Assembly (NCBI GenBank): GCA_049999805.1 | Contig: JBNGIO010006223.1 | Span: 224,743 to 288,742 of the forward strand | Reading direction: 5' to 3' | DNA: 64,000 nucleotides | Source: Folioceros fuciformis | Lineage: Eukaryota | Shown: positions 34,919-45,723 of the stretch, piece by piece | How positions within the stretch are numbered: the stretch's first letter is position 1 | Layout of the letters: the number at the start of each line of letters is the position of its first letter | The notes under the pieces: model-generated | What the model was told of the DNA's origin: nothing | The model's database searches: none | Seen by the model: only the letters and a program-made list of their open reading frames with translations | Position numbers and translations under genes: made by a program

Positions 34919-37900
34919 ATGTCCAGGACGTGCACACGGCTGGTGAAGGAGGGGAAGCACAAGCTGAAATTGAAGATAGTTGGCTCTCAGGAAAATGAGG
35001 TGGATTTGGCAATTAGGGCGGAGGGTTTCTTTGCTGGGTCTGAGAGCCTGGAAGATCTGGACGCGGAGATACGTAAGGAGCACAGCAAGCAGCAGCATCG
35101 TGACCAGCGCCACACGGCGTCTGTATCCGTTGGAGAGCATCCAGGGAGCACAGGAAATGAAGACGATGGGTTAGGCGTTGGTGGGGCAGTGGACGCCGCA
35201 GGGAAACCACCCAGGGAGGCACATCGTGCTTGCGTCAGCTTCACACCTTCAGGGCTTGATGGTGATTCCTCTCGGTTTCTTCTCTCTCGGGAATGTGGAA
35301 GCGATGGCCACAACGCCGATCATACTGAGAACCTGTCCACGTTGAACATCTCTATGAACATGTGCAAGCAGATGGCGATGGAAGTGCGCATGGCCGCCCC
35401 TTCCCGCACTTGCGAACCTGAGCAGGACCAGGTCAAGCAGCAGCAGCGCACCCCAGAGACTAATCGCATAACCGAGCCTGTGGATGAAGACCCGGACGTT
35501 TTGGTGGACTTCGAATTGGCCGACTCAATGATGATGCCTGTGTCCATATTGGATCTTCAGTACGAGGGTGAGCGGTTACAGGTGTCGGAAGGCCCCATTT
35601 CAGATTCCTATCTGTATGGGACCCTTAGAGGCCACAGGTTGAAGATGATTAAAGTGTCTCACTTCAGAATGTGGTTCGACGAGGACGAGTGGAAGCGGGA
35701 GCCTGAAGTCTGGGTCCATGTCCAACATCACAATTTGTGCGTTGCTCTATGCTCTGCGCATGCGCATGCGATTTCTTTTTTTTTCTTTTTTTATCACTCG
35801 TGCAATCTTCTGTTCTCGTGGATGCTTTCCCAGGCTACGTCTGGGGACACCGGCTGAAGGTTACCGCCAGGTGTATGACATTGTTGCTTTGGTAGCACGA
35901 TTTCTTCACTTGGGCATGAAGCATCCCTCGGAAGAGTCAATCGTGGACCGGGTGCGCGCTGAATATCAGTGAGTATCTTGCAAAACAAGGCTTTAAACGC
36001 CTTGCCCCGCGATGGAGTAGGGCATACGTTATGTTGCTGTACAGCATTTGCGCGCCAAGAGTGGTGGGGAGGTTGCTAAAGTTTTGATTTTTGTGATAGT
36101 AGCTACAACACCCAAGACATCGAAGCTGAAGTTGGCAGACATCGTGCATTCATTGCAAGGTTTGCACAAGTACATGTGACAACAAATGTCCACGAAAGCA
36201 AGGTTTTCTCCGGAGTTCTAACATTAAGAGAGGCAGTGGTCCCCCTATTTATTTCTCATTGCTCGGAGTGTCTTTATATTTAGCTTCGAAATCAGAGTTG
36301 GCATCTATTTTTGTTTTCATTCATACTTTTTTCCTTTTGCAGTCTATCTGCAGAATAATCTCTTCTTCTTCGTCTTCCATGGAGCGTACCCTCGAATGCA
36401 AGAGGAGCGATGTTATAATGGCAGGCAGGAGAAAGAGGATTCGGCAACTAGTGATACCCGATGACCCTGAGGAGCCTGAGTCTGAAGCTGATGCCTCACC
36501 AAACACCAAGGCAGTGCAAGGAGGGCCTTGTGAGATAGTAGCTACGAAGAGCCCAGACACTCCCTGCATAGTTGCTGATCATCAAAGCTTGGCAAGAGGG
36601 GGTTGCATGAGTGAGGACAGGGAGGAAGTTGATCCTATTTGCTGCATGTGTGATGATGGCGGAAAAGTAACTTTGTAAGTCCTGGATATGATGCTACTAC
36701 TACTGTCCCATGCTGTTGATGACCATCTTTAACAGGCAATTCGTACGTTGGGACAGCTGTGATGGGCCCTGTTTACGATCTTTTCATGCAACCAAGCGTC
36801 GGGGGAAGAACTCAGACTGTCCATCATTGGGATACAGTGAATCAGAGATGAAAGTTCTGGAAGGGAAAAAGGAGAAGTTCTTTTGCAAGAATTGCGAGTA
36901 TGGGCGGTATCAGTGCTTTTGTTGCCGGGAGCTGGGGATGTGGAATGGACAAGCTGAGGGAAAGGAACAGGTAACCCGGTGGTTCCACTGTCCCTCGCAA
37001 ATTCTCCCTTGTTGTCTAGTTCATCTCTGACGACCTAGTATTGGCAGGTATTCCGCTGCCCTGAAAAGTCGTGTGGCAAGTTTTATCATCTCCGCTGTTT
37101 GGGCTTGGCAGATGCACAATGTTTCAAAGCTTGCCCTCTGCATCGCTGTGATGGGTGCAAGCAGGGTGGGGACAAGCTTGTGAAGTGTAGGCTTTGCCCA
37201 AAGGCTTGGCATCATTCTTGCATCCCCAAGTGAGGCTTGTTGATTCGTCTGCTTTCAAGTGATAGCTGTAGACTTAGAGGTGTGGTTTTTAAGCATTCAG
37301 GGGTGATGCAGAGAAATAAGTTTTGAGGAGGACGAACTGTTTATCAATCCGCAAAGGGGATGGATCTTGGGCAAGACAGTGATCGTCTATTGCAGGTAAC
37401 GGGGGATGTTCCTGAATTCACGGAAGCTTTGTCTCCTCCTGTGGCTTAGGGCCTACACTGACATAAGGCTGTTGGCATGTCTGAAAAGTACCCATGAGTA
37501 CAATTACGAGTTAGGAATGCCACAACGACAGGTGATCCTTTTGAATTTTCCGGAAGACAGTAAGAAGAATGTGGACAACCAGGAAGAGAGGAAGGTGGTC
37601 GAGAAGCAGGGAGATCGTGGGAGCGTTGAAAGGGTGTCTGTGTCTGGTCTGCAAGCGGCAGCCAACAAAGCATCTGCTGGACGTCGTGGGGTGAAGTCAT
37701 TCTCTTCAACTTCCAAAAAGCGACCTGCGGTGCTTCTGAATCAGGTGCCTTATGCAAGGAGAACAGATGTTGTGGGAGATAAAGGAGTACGTCCTAATGA
37801 GGCAGAGGATGAAAGGAAGACGGGCCGAGACAATTCCTTGGTAGGGCATAACGTTCTTAAGAGGAAATCGGGAACTATGGAGAGAAACAGGGTTGATTAC

Positions 37901-38576
37901 TTGTAAGCATTACTTCTCTTCGGTCAGTCATGCGTTTGATGTTCCCCTTCAGTGATTCCACTAATTTTCTCCGTCTCCACCGAGACGGTGTTGTTCATGT
38001 TTCTCTTGTGTGACTCCACGTCCTTCTCTCCTGCAGAAAATTCTCTCCACCAAGACGGCGGGGTATTCGGAAAGGTCGGGGAGTCTAGATGGTGGTCTTG
38101 GACACTTCCACTACCTCGGCCTTTATTGTGCCTACGCTAATATAGACTCGTAATTCTGTTGCAATCTGCTGCTCTCACTTTGAAAAGTTGCTTTCCATAA
38201 TACCGATGATAGAGGAGATAATCTTCTATGCTCCGAAAGGGGGTGGAGACAAATGTAAGTCCTGGGCAGGCGGAAGCGGATCCTGTAGGATGTGCAAATG
38301 TTCAATTTTCTTGGGTTTGGAGGGGTTTTAGATATAGATGGGTGGTGGCGCAGACAGACAGTGCCCGGTTCTGAACTGTGGGTGTGCGTCTGTCTGTGAT
38401 TTCTTGCAAGCTGACATCAAAATTTGAGTTGTTGCTGAAATTCGTAAAACTTATTAATGCGGGGCGTGTATGCAGACGTGAGACGATCACTTACACTCCG
38501 GTTGCCCGATACCACCAGTGGCACACAGGCATCGTGCCATGACATGGCATGCCATCCAACCATTTTATGCAATTAA
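34919..38576 (+). CDS. EDM2: EDM2-like atypical PHD-finger chromatin protein, multi-exon; both ends uncertain
   Basis: N-terminal block (PVSILDL...YLYGT...PEVWV...LGTPAEGY), then CCMCDDGG...CDGPCLRSFHAT...CPSLGY...FFCKNCEYGRYQCFCC...CGKFYH...CPLHRC...CRLCPKAWH...RGW. No C-terminal methyltransferase-like domain seen. 3' exons at 38037-38576 are speculative. Confidence 0.8.
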
Positions 38577-38709
38577 GTCCATGGAAGACCGTAGTCCTAT
38601 TCATAGATGGTTCAACATGGCGTGAACCTTATTACGTTTATCACGTGCACGGTGTTCCATGCTTGGAATTTGGACGTGACTCACCTTATCAACCTCTCAA
38701 TCCCTCCTC

Positions 38710-39720
38710 TGTCGAGTTCAAACTGTGTATAAGGGAAGAGTGGTGTCCTACTGAAGCTATGAGAGTAGGAGCTGAAGCGATGAGTTCTCGAGTCCAGCGG
38801 AAGCTATGAATTTAGGAGCTTGAAGCTATGAGTGTAGGAGCTGAAGCTGAGTTCTTGTGTCCAGCTGAAGTTATGAGTTTAGGAGTTGAAGCTATGAGTT
38901 TAGGAGGTGCAGATATGAGTGAAGACGAGGAGTCGTGTAATTTTTTTCGAGCTGAAGTTTTGAGTGTTAGTCCTATAGTCTCTTTTCGAGCTGAAGGTAT
39001 GAGTGTGAGAGTTGACGCTATGAGAGACGGTAAGTCATGTGTTGAGCTGAAGCTATGAGTGTGGACGAGTAGTCCTCGAGCTCAAGATACGAGAACGAAG
39101 GAGGAGGAGTATGTGTCGAGTTGAAGGTATGAGTGTTTGAGCTGAAGCTACGAGTGTAGGCTGAGTGTAGGTGAGGAGTCAGGTGTTGCTGCAGCGATGA
39201 GCGTAGTGGAGGAGTTCTGCGTCGAGCTCAAGGTATGAATGTAGACAAGGAGGTTTGTGTTGACGAGCTCACGCTGTGAGTATAGACGAGGGGAGTATGT
39301 GTCGAGAGCTGAAGCTATTAGTGTAGGCTCTGAGTGTAGCTAGGAGTCCTATGTCGAGTTCCAGCTATGAGGGTAGACGAGTTTGTCGAGCTCAAGGTAG
39401 GAGTATAGACGAGGAGTCGTATGCGGGGCTAAAGCTTTTAGTTTAGACTATGAGTATAAATGAGAAGTCTTATGTGTAGACGGGGAGTCTTTAAGCTTGA
39501 GCTATGGGCGTGGAGAAGAGTCTCTTGTCGATTTCAAGCCATGAGTTCAGGGCCTTGAGTGTAGATGAGGAGTCTGAGTCGAGCTGAACCTATGAGTATT
39601 TACGAGTAGTCCTGCGCCGAGCTCTACCCATGAGCGGAGAGGGGTCCTCTGTCGAGTTCAACCTCGGAGTTCAAGCAAACGAGTCCTGTCTCCAGCTGAG
39701 CTATGAGATTTACAACGAGT
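38710..39720. repeat. Degenerate minisatellite of ~20-22-bp units (consensus gagctgaagctatgagtgtag)
   Basis: Dozens of imperfect copies of gagct(g/c)aag(c/g)tatgagt, interspersed with gaggagtc. Confidence 0.85.
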
Positions 39721-39779
39721 TTGTATCGAGCTCAAGCCGGGATTGTAGAGAGGAACCTTGTCTCCAGTGTTGTAGACTT

Positions 39780-41720
39780 TAAAATAACAATGTTTTTTAG
39801 CACTAGTAATCGAGAAACCCGAATAATCGTCCGGCATGGTTCTCAGCACAACCATGGGCAGATAAGCACCTGGATGTTAAACTTCTGCAATGCCATTCGA
39901 TTCATGTTCCACTATCCTTGCAAAACATGCCTTCTTTGCTAGAATCAAAAGATGCAAAAATTGTCCCAAATTGCATGGTGCTTTCTATTATTCCCACAAA
40001 GCACTTGGGTTCATTGCCAACTTCCGTCCTCCTAGAAGTATTATCACTTACTGTCGTCCTCATCAAAAACATATCCATTCTTGCTTCGAAGATGTATTCA
40101 CTCTTGCTTCAATTTTGTCATTCGAAAATCCATCACTAGTATGCCAAATGTCTTGAAGGTAGGGACTTGCAGGTCATTAACCCACTACGACAGTGGCATG
40201 CAAATTGGGAAGAAGTATTTTCATTGGCGTCACCCTAGCTTCATAGTAGTGAAGATACTTTTTCCCATGAGGCTTTGGGTGTGAAGAACTACCCTTGGTT
40301 GTATGGGTGTTGTTGAGTTGGGATGCATTGTTGAAGAAAATGGGTGTAAGAATCCAAGACACGAAGGTCCTTTTATGGAGGTGCATGGAAGCACTCTTTG
40401 CTTTGTCTGCAATAGATTTTTGGTTCGGCCAAGGATATACATATTACTCCTTTCACAGGCATAAGCCAAACTACTTACTTCTTTGTCATCTAAGCTTTAT
40501 GGCCCTCAAGGGAATGTCGTTCTACAAAAAGAGTAAATAAATGAAATGGGTGTAAGATGAAACATGTAGGCAAACCAATTGTATTTATGAATATAGTTAT
40601 CTTACCTAAATCTTTTGCTTCTATGCCATCTTGAGGTAGCTTGTCTTGGATGGTAGCATATCAGTATCACCAAGGCAGCAAAGGTAGTTCATGGACAGAC
40701 CTAAGAATTTTTCTCGCACTGCATGTACTTTCCTTTTCTTTTTTTATCAAAGAAACGCCTCCGAAACAAAGGACATAGTTCATCTTTTTCCTTCACTATT
40801 GAATTAAGCCTACCATGGGTTACATGGAGAACTATAGACTAGTGCATGTATCTTGACTTCATCCCCTTCCTACAAGATAGCGGAGGCAAAAATAGTCAAT
40901 TTGTAAAAATCACACCAAGTGAGAAAGAAGTGTTGAGATGGTTATTTGAAGAGTGGTATACAGCAAACCATGATCTATATCTACCTCCATCTATATTTTT
41001 CTTGGTCATGGAGACCTATATTGTTGTAGGGTTTACCATGTTTTTGCCTACCATGTGGACATTTAGCCAAATCCCTAGATTTGGAACCCATTAAAAACGC
41101 TACTTCTTGTATGAACATGATCGCATGTTGTATTATGAGACACTTCAAAAATTATTGTGTTTCTGGATATCTTATAATATTATGCAACTTGATAAACCCT
41201 AAGCAAATGACATAAAGTAACATAACCCCATTTCGGGAGATTGTATCAAAGTGCAACTTTTGTGATCCTCGTCATATGGCATGCAATGCCTTCCTCCATA
41301 AGAACTTGCTAGAGAACTTGTGATGCGCCTTAACATGGCCCTATTATGAAGCAAGATCGTAGCGTGCAAAAGTTGGCCATTAGATGATTGATAGTTGCTT
41401 TGAATATGAGATCTATGACTTTGAGGAGTTTGGTTTATATGGTCTTCACTTGTTGGATACTGAGCTTTGCCTAACTATATCTGAAAAGTTTACATGGAGA
41501 TTGTAAAAATATTGGTGTGGAAAGTAGACATTGGTATAGAGCGTGCCAAGAACATATGGCATTGAGTTCAAACAACAGGTTTGACCACCTGGTTTGCAGT
41601 ATTGCTATGTTTGAACTCTGAAATTGCTTATCCTTACTTCAATTGAGCATTGCCAAATGTGTCCAAGTGCTGGGCCTTCATTAATTCAAACAAGTTAGTC
41701 GTAGGATGCCACTGTTTAGT
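39780..41720. other. AT-rich, CpG-poor block with fragmented reading frames; unidentified mobile-element or foreign relic
   Basis: Visible compositional shift from the flanking genes. Only short broken ORFs and no recognisable domain. Confidence 0.4.
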
Positions 41721-42879
41721 ATTCTGATTAATATGGTTTCTTCCGATCCCAAATGTTCTCTTCTAAGCAATTGTCAAACCACGCCTCCTCCTTGTCAAAA
41801 GCCTTTCCCATGGCTTTCCTGCCTTTCCCATGGCTTTCCAACGAGGCGTTCGGCCCACCCTAGGAACCACGACAGAGCCATTTTGGTAGAATGTGACAGA
41901 CCTTCGACGTTGATAGACTTCTGATGGCACTTCCGTGGAGAAAGTCGGAAGCCTTCTCGCAGTTGTTGTCTGGCATTCGGGTTCAGTGTGGTACGAGATG
42001 CTCTTGAAGACCGAAGGTACGCTGTTAGCAGTGTAGCGTGACATACGCGGGCCCGCAATTCCTATGGCGAGCCTTCTGCTTAGCCGTTGCATTGCTTTCA
42101 ATCCACCAGACCAAGGACGGTGGTCCGAGATGCAGGCACCAACTTAAAAGTTTATGGTGGAAGAGTCGCAATGGTGCAGGGGTTGGTAATCGGTGTGCTT
42201 GATGTGGTACCTGGAAATCGGGAGATCTTGTTGTACACCACTAGTCGCATTGCAAGCCTTCAAAGACGACCAAGAAGTAGGAAGCGCACCCCGCAACGTC
42301 CGGGTCGGCCGCCTTGCCAAGCCAACGAGGTCCTCCACTTCGGCGGGGCTGCGGATTTGGCTTGGCCCCAGTAGGGCATTGCTGTCCAACAGGAAAACGA
42401 ATGTGACGGCGCGTGAGCCATCCCCTAGACTCTGGGGCTGTAATTGCTAATTAGGTTCTTATGTCAAATATCATTCACATCCAGAGGTACATGATCTAAT
42501 CCACATAACATGCTTGAGAGGCCAGGACTTGGATGGGTTCCTCATTGCGGAAATCCGTCTGCTTCTGATGAGGCACATGGGGACCCGTGGGCACATGAAA
42601 TCTCCTTTATTGAGAAAAACAGGATGGGAAATCCATCCACCCAAAAGAGGAGAGACAAACCAGAAGGAGCGACAATCCTACCCAAAGGCACTTGTAGCGC
42701 TCTGTCGAAGCTCACCGTATGCAGTACCCGCTGGGACTGTAGGGCGCTCTGAGGGTTTTGTCAGATGGTTGGCGATGTTGCACTCTGTCTGTTCCAGCTA
42801 CTTAGGTTGGGGAAGTTCACGGAGTCGATCTCAGTTAGCACGACTGGAAATTGAAGCTGGATCAGACTCTGCACGCAGC

Positions 42880-44577
42880 ATGCCTCGACGGAGGAAACCT
42901 AAGGAAGACTCTTCGTTGGAATCACCGCAACCATGGGAGCGTCACCGAGTAAACGAGGTCCAGGAGAAAAGGAAGGAAAGGGAGAGCAAGGCGGCTCAAG
43001 TGAGGACGCCGTTGGACGTGGCGTTATCGAGTGAACCCCAGACGCCTCTCCCGCTTCAAGCGCATCGCAATGACGGTGGCTTGGAGGGGAGCCAGAGGAT
43101 TCCTGACACCCCAGCAGCAGCCTATGTCTCGCAAGACAGAAATATGCCCACCGCTTCTGTCCAATCGCCTGCTGGCGCCAATGTCAATAGGGGGCAAACA
43201 CAAAGTGCAGATGACATGTCCCAAAGGTCATGGGCGCAACCTTCTCGTGGCAGAGGACGAGGACCTGGAGCTGGAGCTGGACCAGGAATGGGAGTAGGAA
43301 GAGGGGGCGGTGCAGATCGCATAGATGCTCTTGGCAGGCAGATGTAAGTGCTTAGGTCCAAGTTCCACTAGTGCTTACGTGTGTGACCGGGTGGAGGTAG
43401 CAAGATAGCATTTTTGATGCCTTTCTACTTCGGTTGCAGGACCGCAATGTGTTCTACGGCACTGGGCTGTAGATTGTAAGCACGTCATGGAAAGGGAGGT
43501 AGCAGGATTGCGATTTTGATGCTTTTGATATTCCGGTTGCAGGACCGCAATACTACGGCACCGGGCTGTAGATTTTAATCTCGTTATGAGGAGTGATGGC
43601 TACGTCGAAGTAGCTGAGCTGTTGAAGCTGACAGTGAGAACGTCAGCAGGCGTGCCCTTGAACTTACACACGCTCGAGGACGTCTTCGAGGTACTCCTTC
43701 CACTAATCTGTTCAGCTAGCGCTATCTGAAATTTTCCACCATGCTTTCTCACTGCCCCTTGCACTCCAACAGGCCGTAGATCGTGATAAGAAGCAGAGAT
43801 TTGGGCTGCGGAATGAGAATGCCAAGTTCTTGATAAGGGCTAACCAAGGTCATTCCATTGAGGTAAAATCTTTGTCGTGTTGGAAATAAGGGCAAGCTGA
43901 AGAGAGAGGAATGCCTGGGGCAGCCGTGTGTGATGCAGCACAGAACTGCCATAACGTGATCCATTTCAGGTGGTCAAGACAGAAGACCTGCTAAAGCCGA
44001 TTCTGTCCGCACAAGACGTCCCAGGTGTTGAGCCAGAGCAAGCTGTGTTGCCAGCAAGGTGCAATCGTTTAAAGTTTCTTGCCAAAACTAAGGTGGTTTT
44101 TCTTGTGAAGTGTGTGTTCATGGAACATACCACAAGTATCTGGACGCAATTAACAAGGAGGGGCTGAAAAGAATGGGGCGGCTGCACGTTCACTTTGCTT
44201 CAGGCTTGCCAAGAGAAAACGGAGTTATCAGTGGTCAGTGTAAAGTTGATACTTCACTGTGACAAGGACTATGTCATGTCTTGCTGAAGTCTCACACGCC
44301 CATGTTTTGTCGCCACCAGGAATGCGAGCAACTTCGGAAGTTCTGATCCATCTGGATGTGGAGAAGGCTCTAAAAGGTGACGACTCTGCCCTGGATGCGC
44401 TTCCCATTTTTCTTTCACGGTTGCGCACCCTGATCTGATGCTACACTTTGAGTGGCAGATGGGATGAAACTGTTCATTTCAGAAAACGGCGTCATTCTCA
44501 CGGAAGGCTTCGACGGGGTTGTTCCCACGGAGTACTTCCGGAAAGTGGAGGTCTTGTCTTTAAAGGGAAAACACTAA
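42880..44577 (+). CDS. TPT1: tRNA 2'-phosphotransferase (Tpt1/KptA), multi-exon, with long N-terminal extension
   Basis: DRIDALGRQM|TAILRH, RSDGYV, DKKQRF...IRANQGHS, CVHGTY, GLKRMGRLHVHF, VIS|GMR, SENGVILTEG. Stop TAA at 44575-44577. Confidence 0.95.
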
Positions 44578-44835
44578 TCACTATCGTGCCGAGTGCTTTT
44601 CTGGTTGCTCCAGAAGTGTCTGGAACTCAAGACGGAGGGGGTGGGGGGGTTTGAGTGTTTGGTAATAGCACAAGAATACGCGTCTCATAATTTCACTGTA
44701 CAAGTCAAGGGGGCGGCCCCCGTAGGCTGCCTGATCCTCTGGCGCCTAACCACAGTGTTCTTCCGGGTGTGTTGCGACCATTCTTCCCATGACGTTTTCA
44801 ATCCACTGCGGGCAACCCAACGCTCCCCTAGTCAT

Positions 44836-45567
44836 TCAGAGCTTAGCAAAGCCCAAGCCCAAGCCGCGACTGATGCCTAATCCGGAACGCAGATCCTCAA
44901 TTTCCCGCTTGAACATCTCCAGCTTCAGAGTCTTGTAGATGACGCGATCGTACTTTTTGGCAGCGAGCTGCTTAGCCCGCGCCAAGGCAGCCGCCAATGT
45001 GGATTCCGCATCAGGCAGAGCCGCCTCCACGAAACCGGCCTCCGCTGCAGCTTGGCCGGAGAAGCGAGAGGCCGCCAGCACGGCGCGGTGGTAGGTGGCA
45101 GCCGGGAGCTTACAGCGCACCACAGCATTCATGCCGGGGGGAAGCGGCAGCCGATTGTCCACCTCGTTGAGGAAGATGAAGCCCTTGTCTGCGCGCATGA
45201 ACCTGTAGTCATGTGCAAGAGCCATCATGCAGCCGGCGGCCACGGCGTGCCCGCGCACAGCCGCTACCGTGGGCACCGGGAAGCATAGCAGTCGCTCCAG
45301 CAGCGCGTGCGTCTGCAGAATCACCTTATCGTGATCTTCAGGATGCGCCGTAACGTAGAGCAGGTCCAGCCCGTTGGAGAAAAAGCGGCCGTCGTTGGTG
45401 GTGATGAGTGCAGAGGCGTCCGGGGCCGCCTCCACCTTGTCCAGCGCTGCCTGCAGATCCGCCAGAGTCTTGGGGTTCAGCCGGTGTTCACCATCCCCGG
45501 ACAGTCGCAGCTCATAAACTCCATCTCCTAACGCACGGACGGCTGCAAAAGGCTGCTCTTCCGCCAT
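44836..45567 (-). CDS. ECI: Peroxisomal Delta3,Delta2-enoyl-CoA isomerase (crotonase fold); intronless
   Basis: LSGDGEHRLNP, GRFFSNGLDL, PTVAAVRGHAVAAG, LAHDYRFMRADKGFIFLNEVD, C-terminal PTS1 AKL*. Confidence 0.93.
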   Translation of the reverse strand: MAEEQPFAAVRALGDGVYELRLSGDGEHRLNPKTLADLQAALDKVEAAPDASALITTNDGRFFSNGLDLLYVTAHPEDHDKVILQTHALLERLLCFPVPTVAAVRGHAVAAGCMMALAHDYRFMRADKGFIFLNEVDNRLPLPPGMNAVVRCKLPAATYHRAVLAASRFSGQAAAEAGFVEAALPDAESTLAAALARAKQLAAKKYDRVIYKTLKLEMFKREIEDLRSGLGISRGLGLGFAKL

Positions 45568-45723
45568 CACACACCCTTGCACGATTACCAGCGTCACAAC
45601 CCCTACAGCTGCAGACTGCTACCGTCTCCGAAAGCGTCCATCTAAAGCAGGCTCGACAGAAACGACTCCAGAATCAATACTCTAGTAATTTCACCAAACT
45701 GTTTCTCCGCCGGGCTGCCGGGT

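Noticed and set aside
38710-39720. Repeat with variable interspersed sequence, superficially CRISPR-like
   Set aside because: Units are degenerate and irregularly spaced, the intervening sequence is itself repetitive, there are no cas genes, and the context is eukaryotic.
41763-41900. Assignment of the orphan basic ORF to ribosomal protein bL34
   Set aside because: The similarity is only compositional, and the KRTYQP and HGF motifs are absent.
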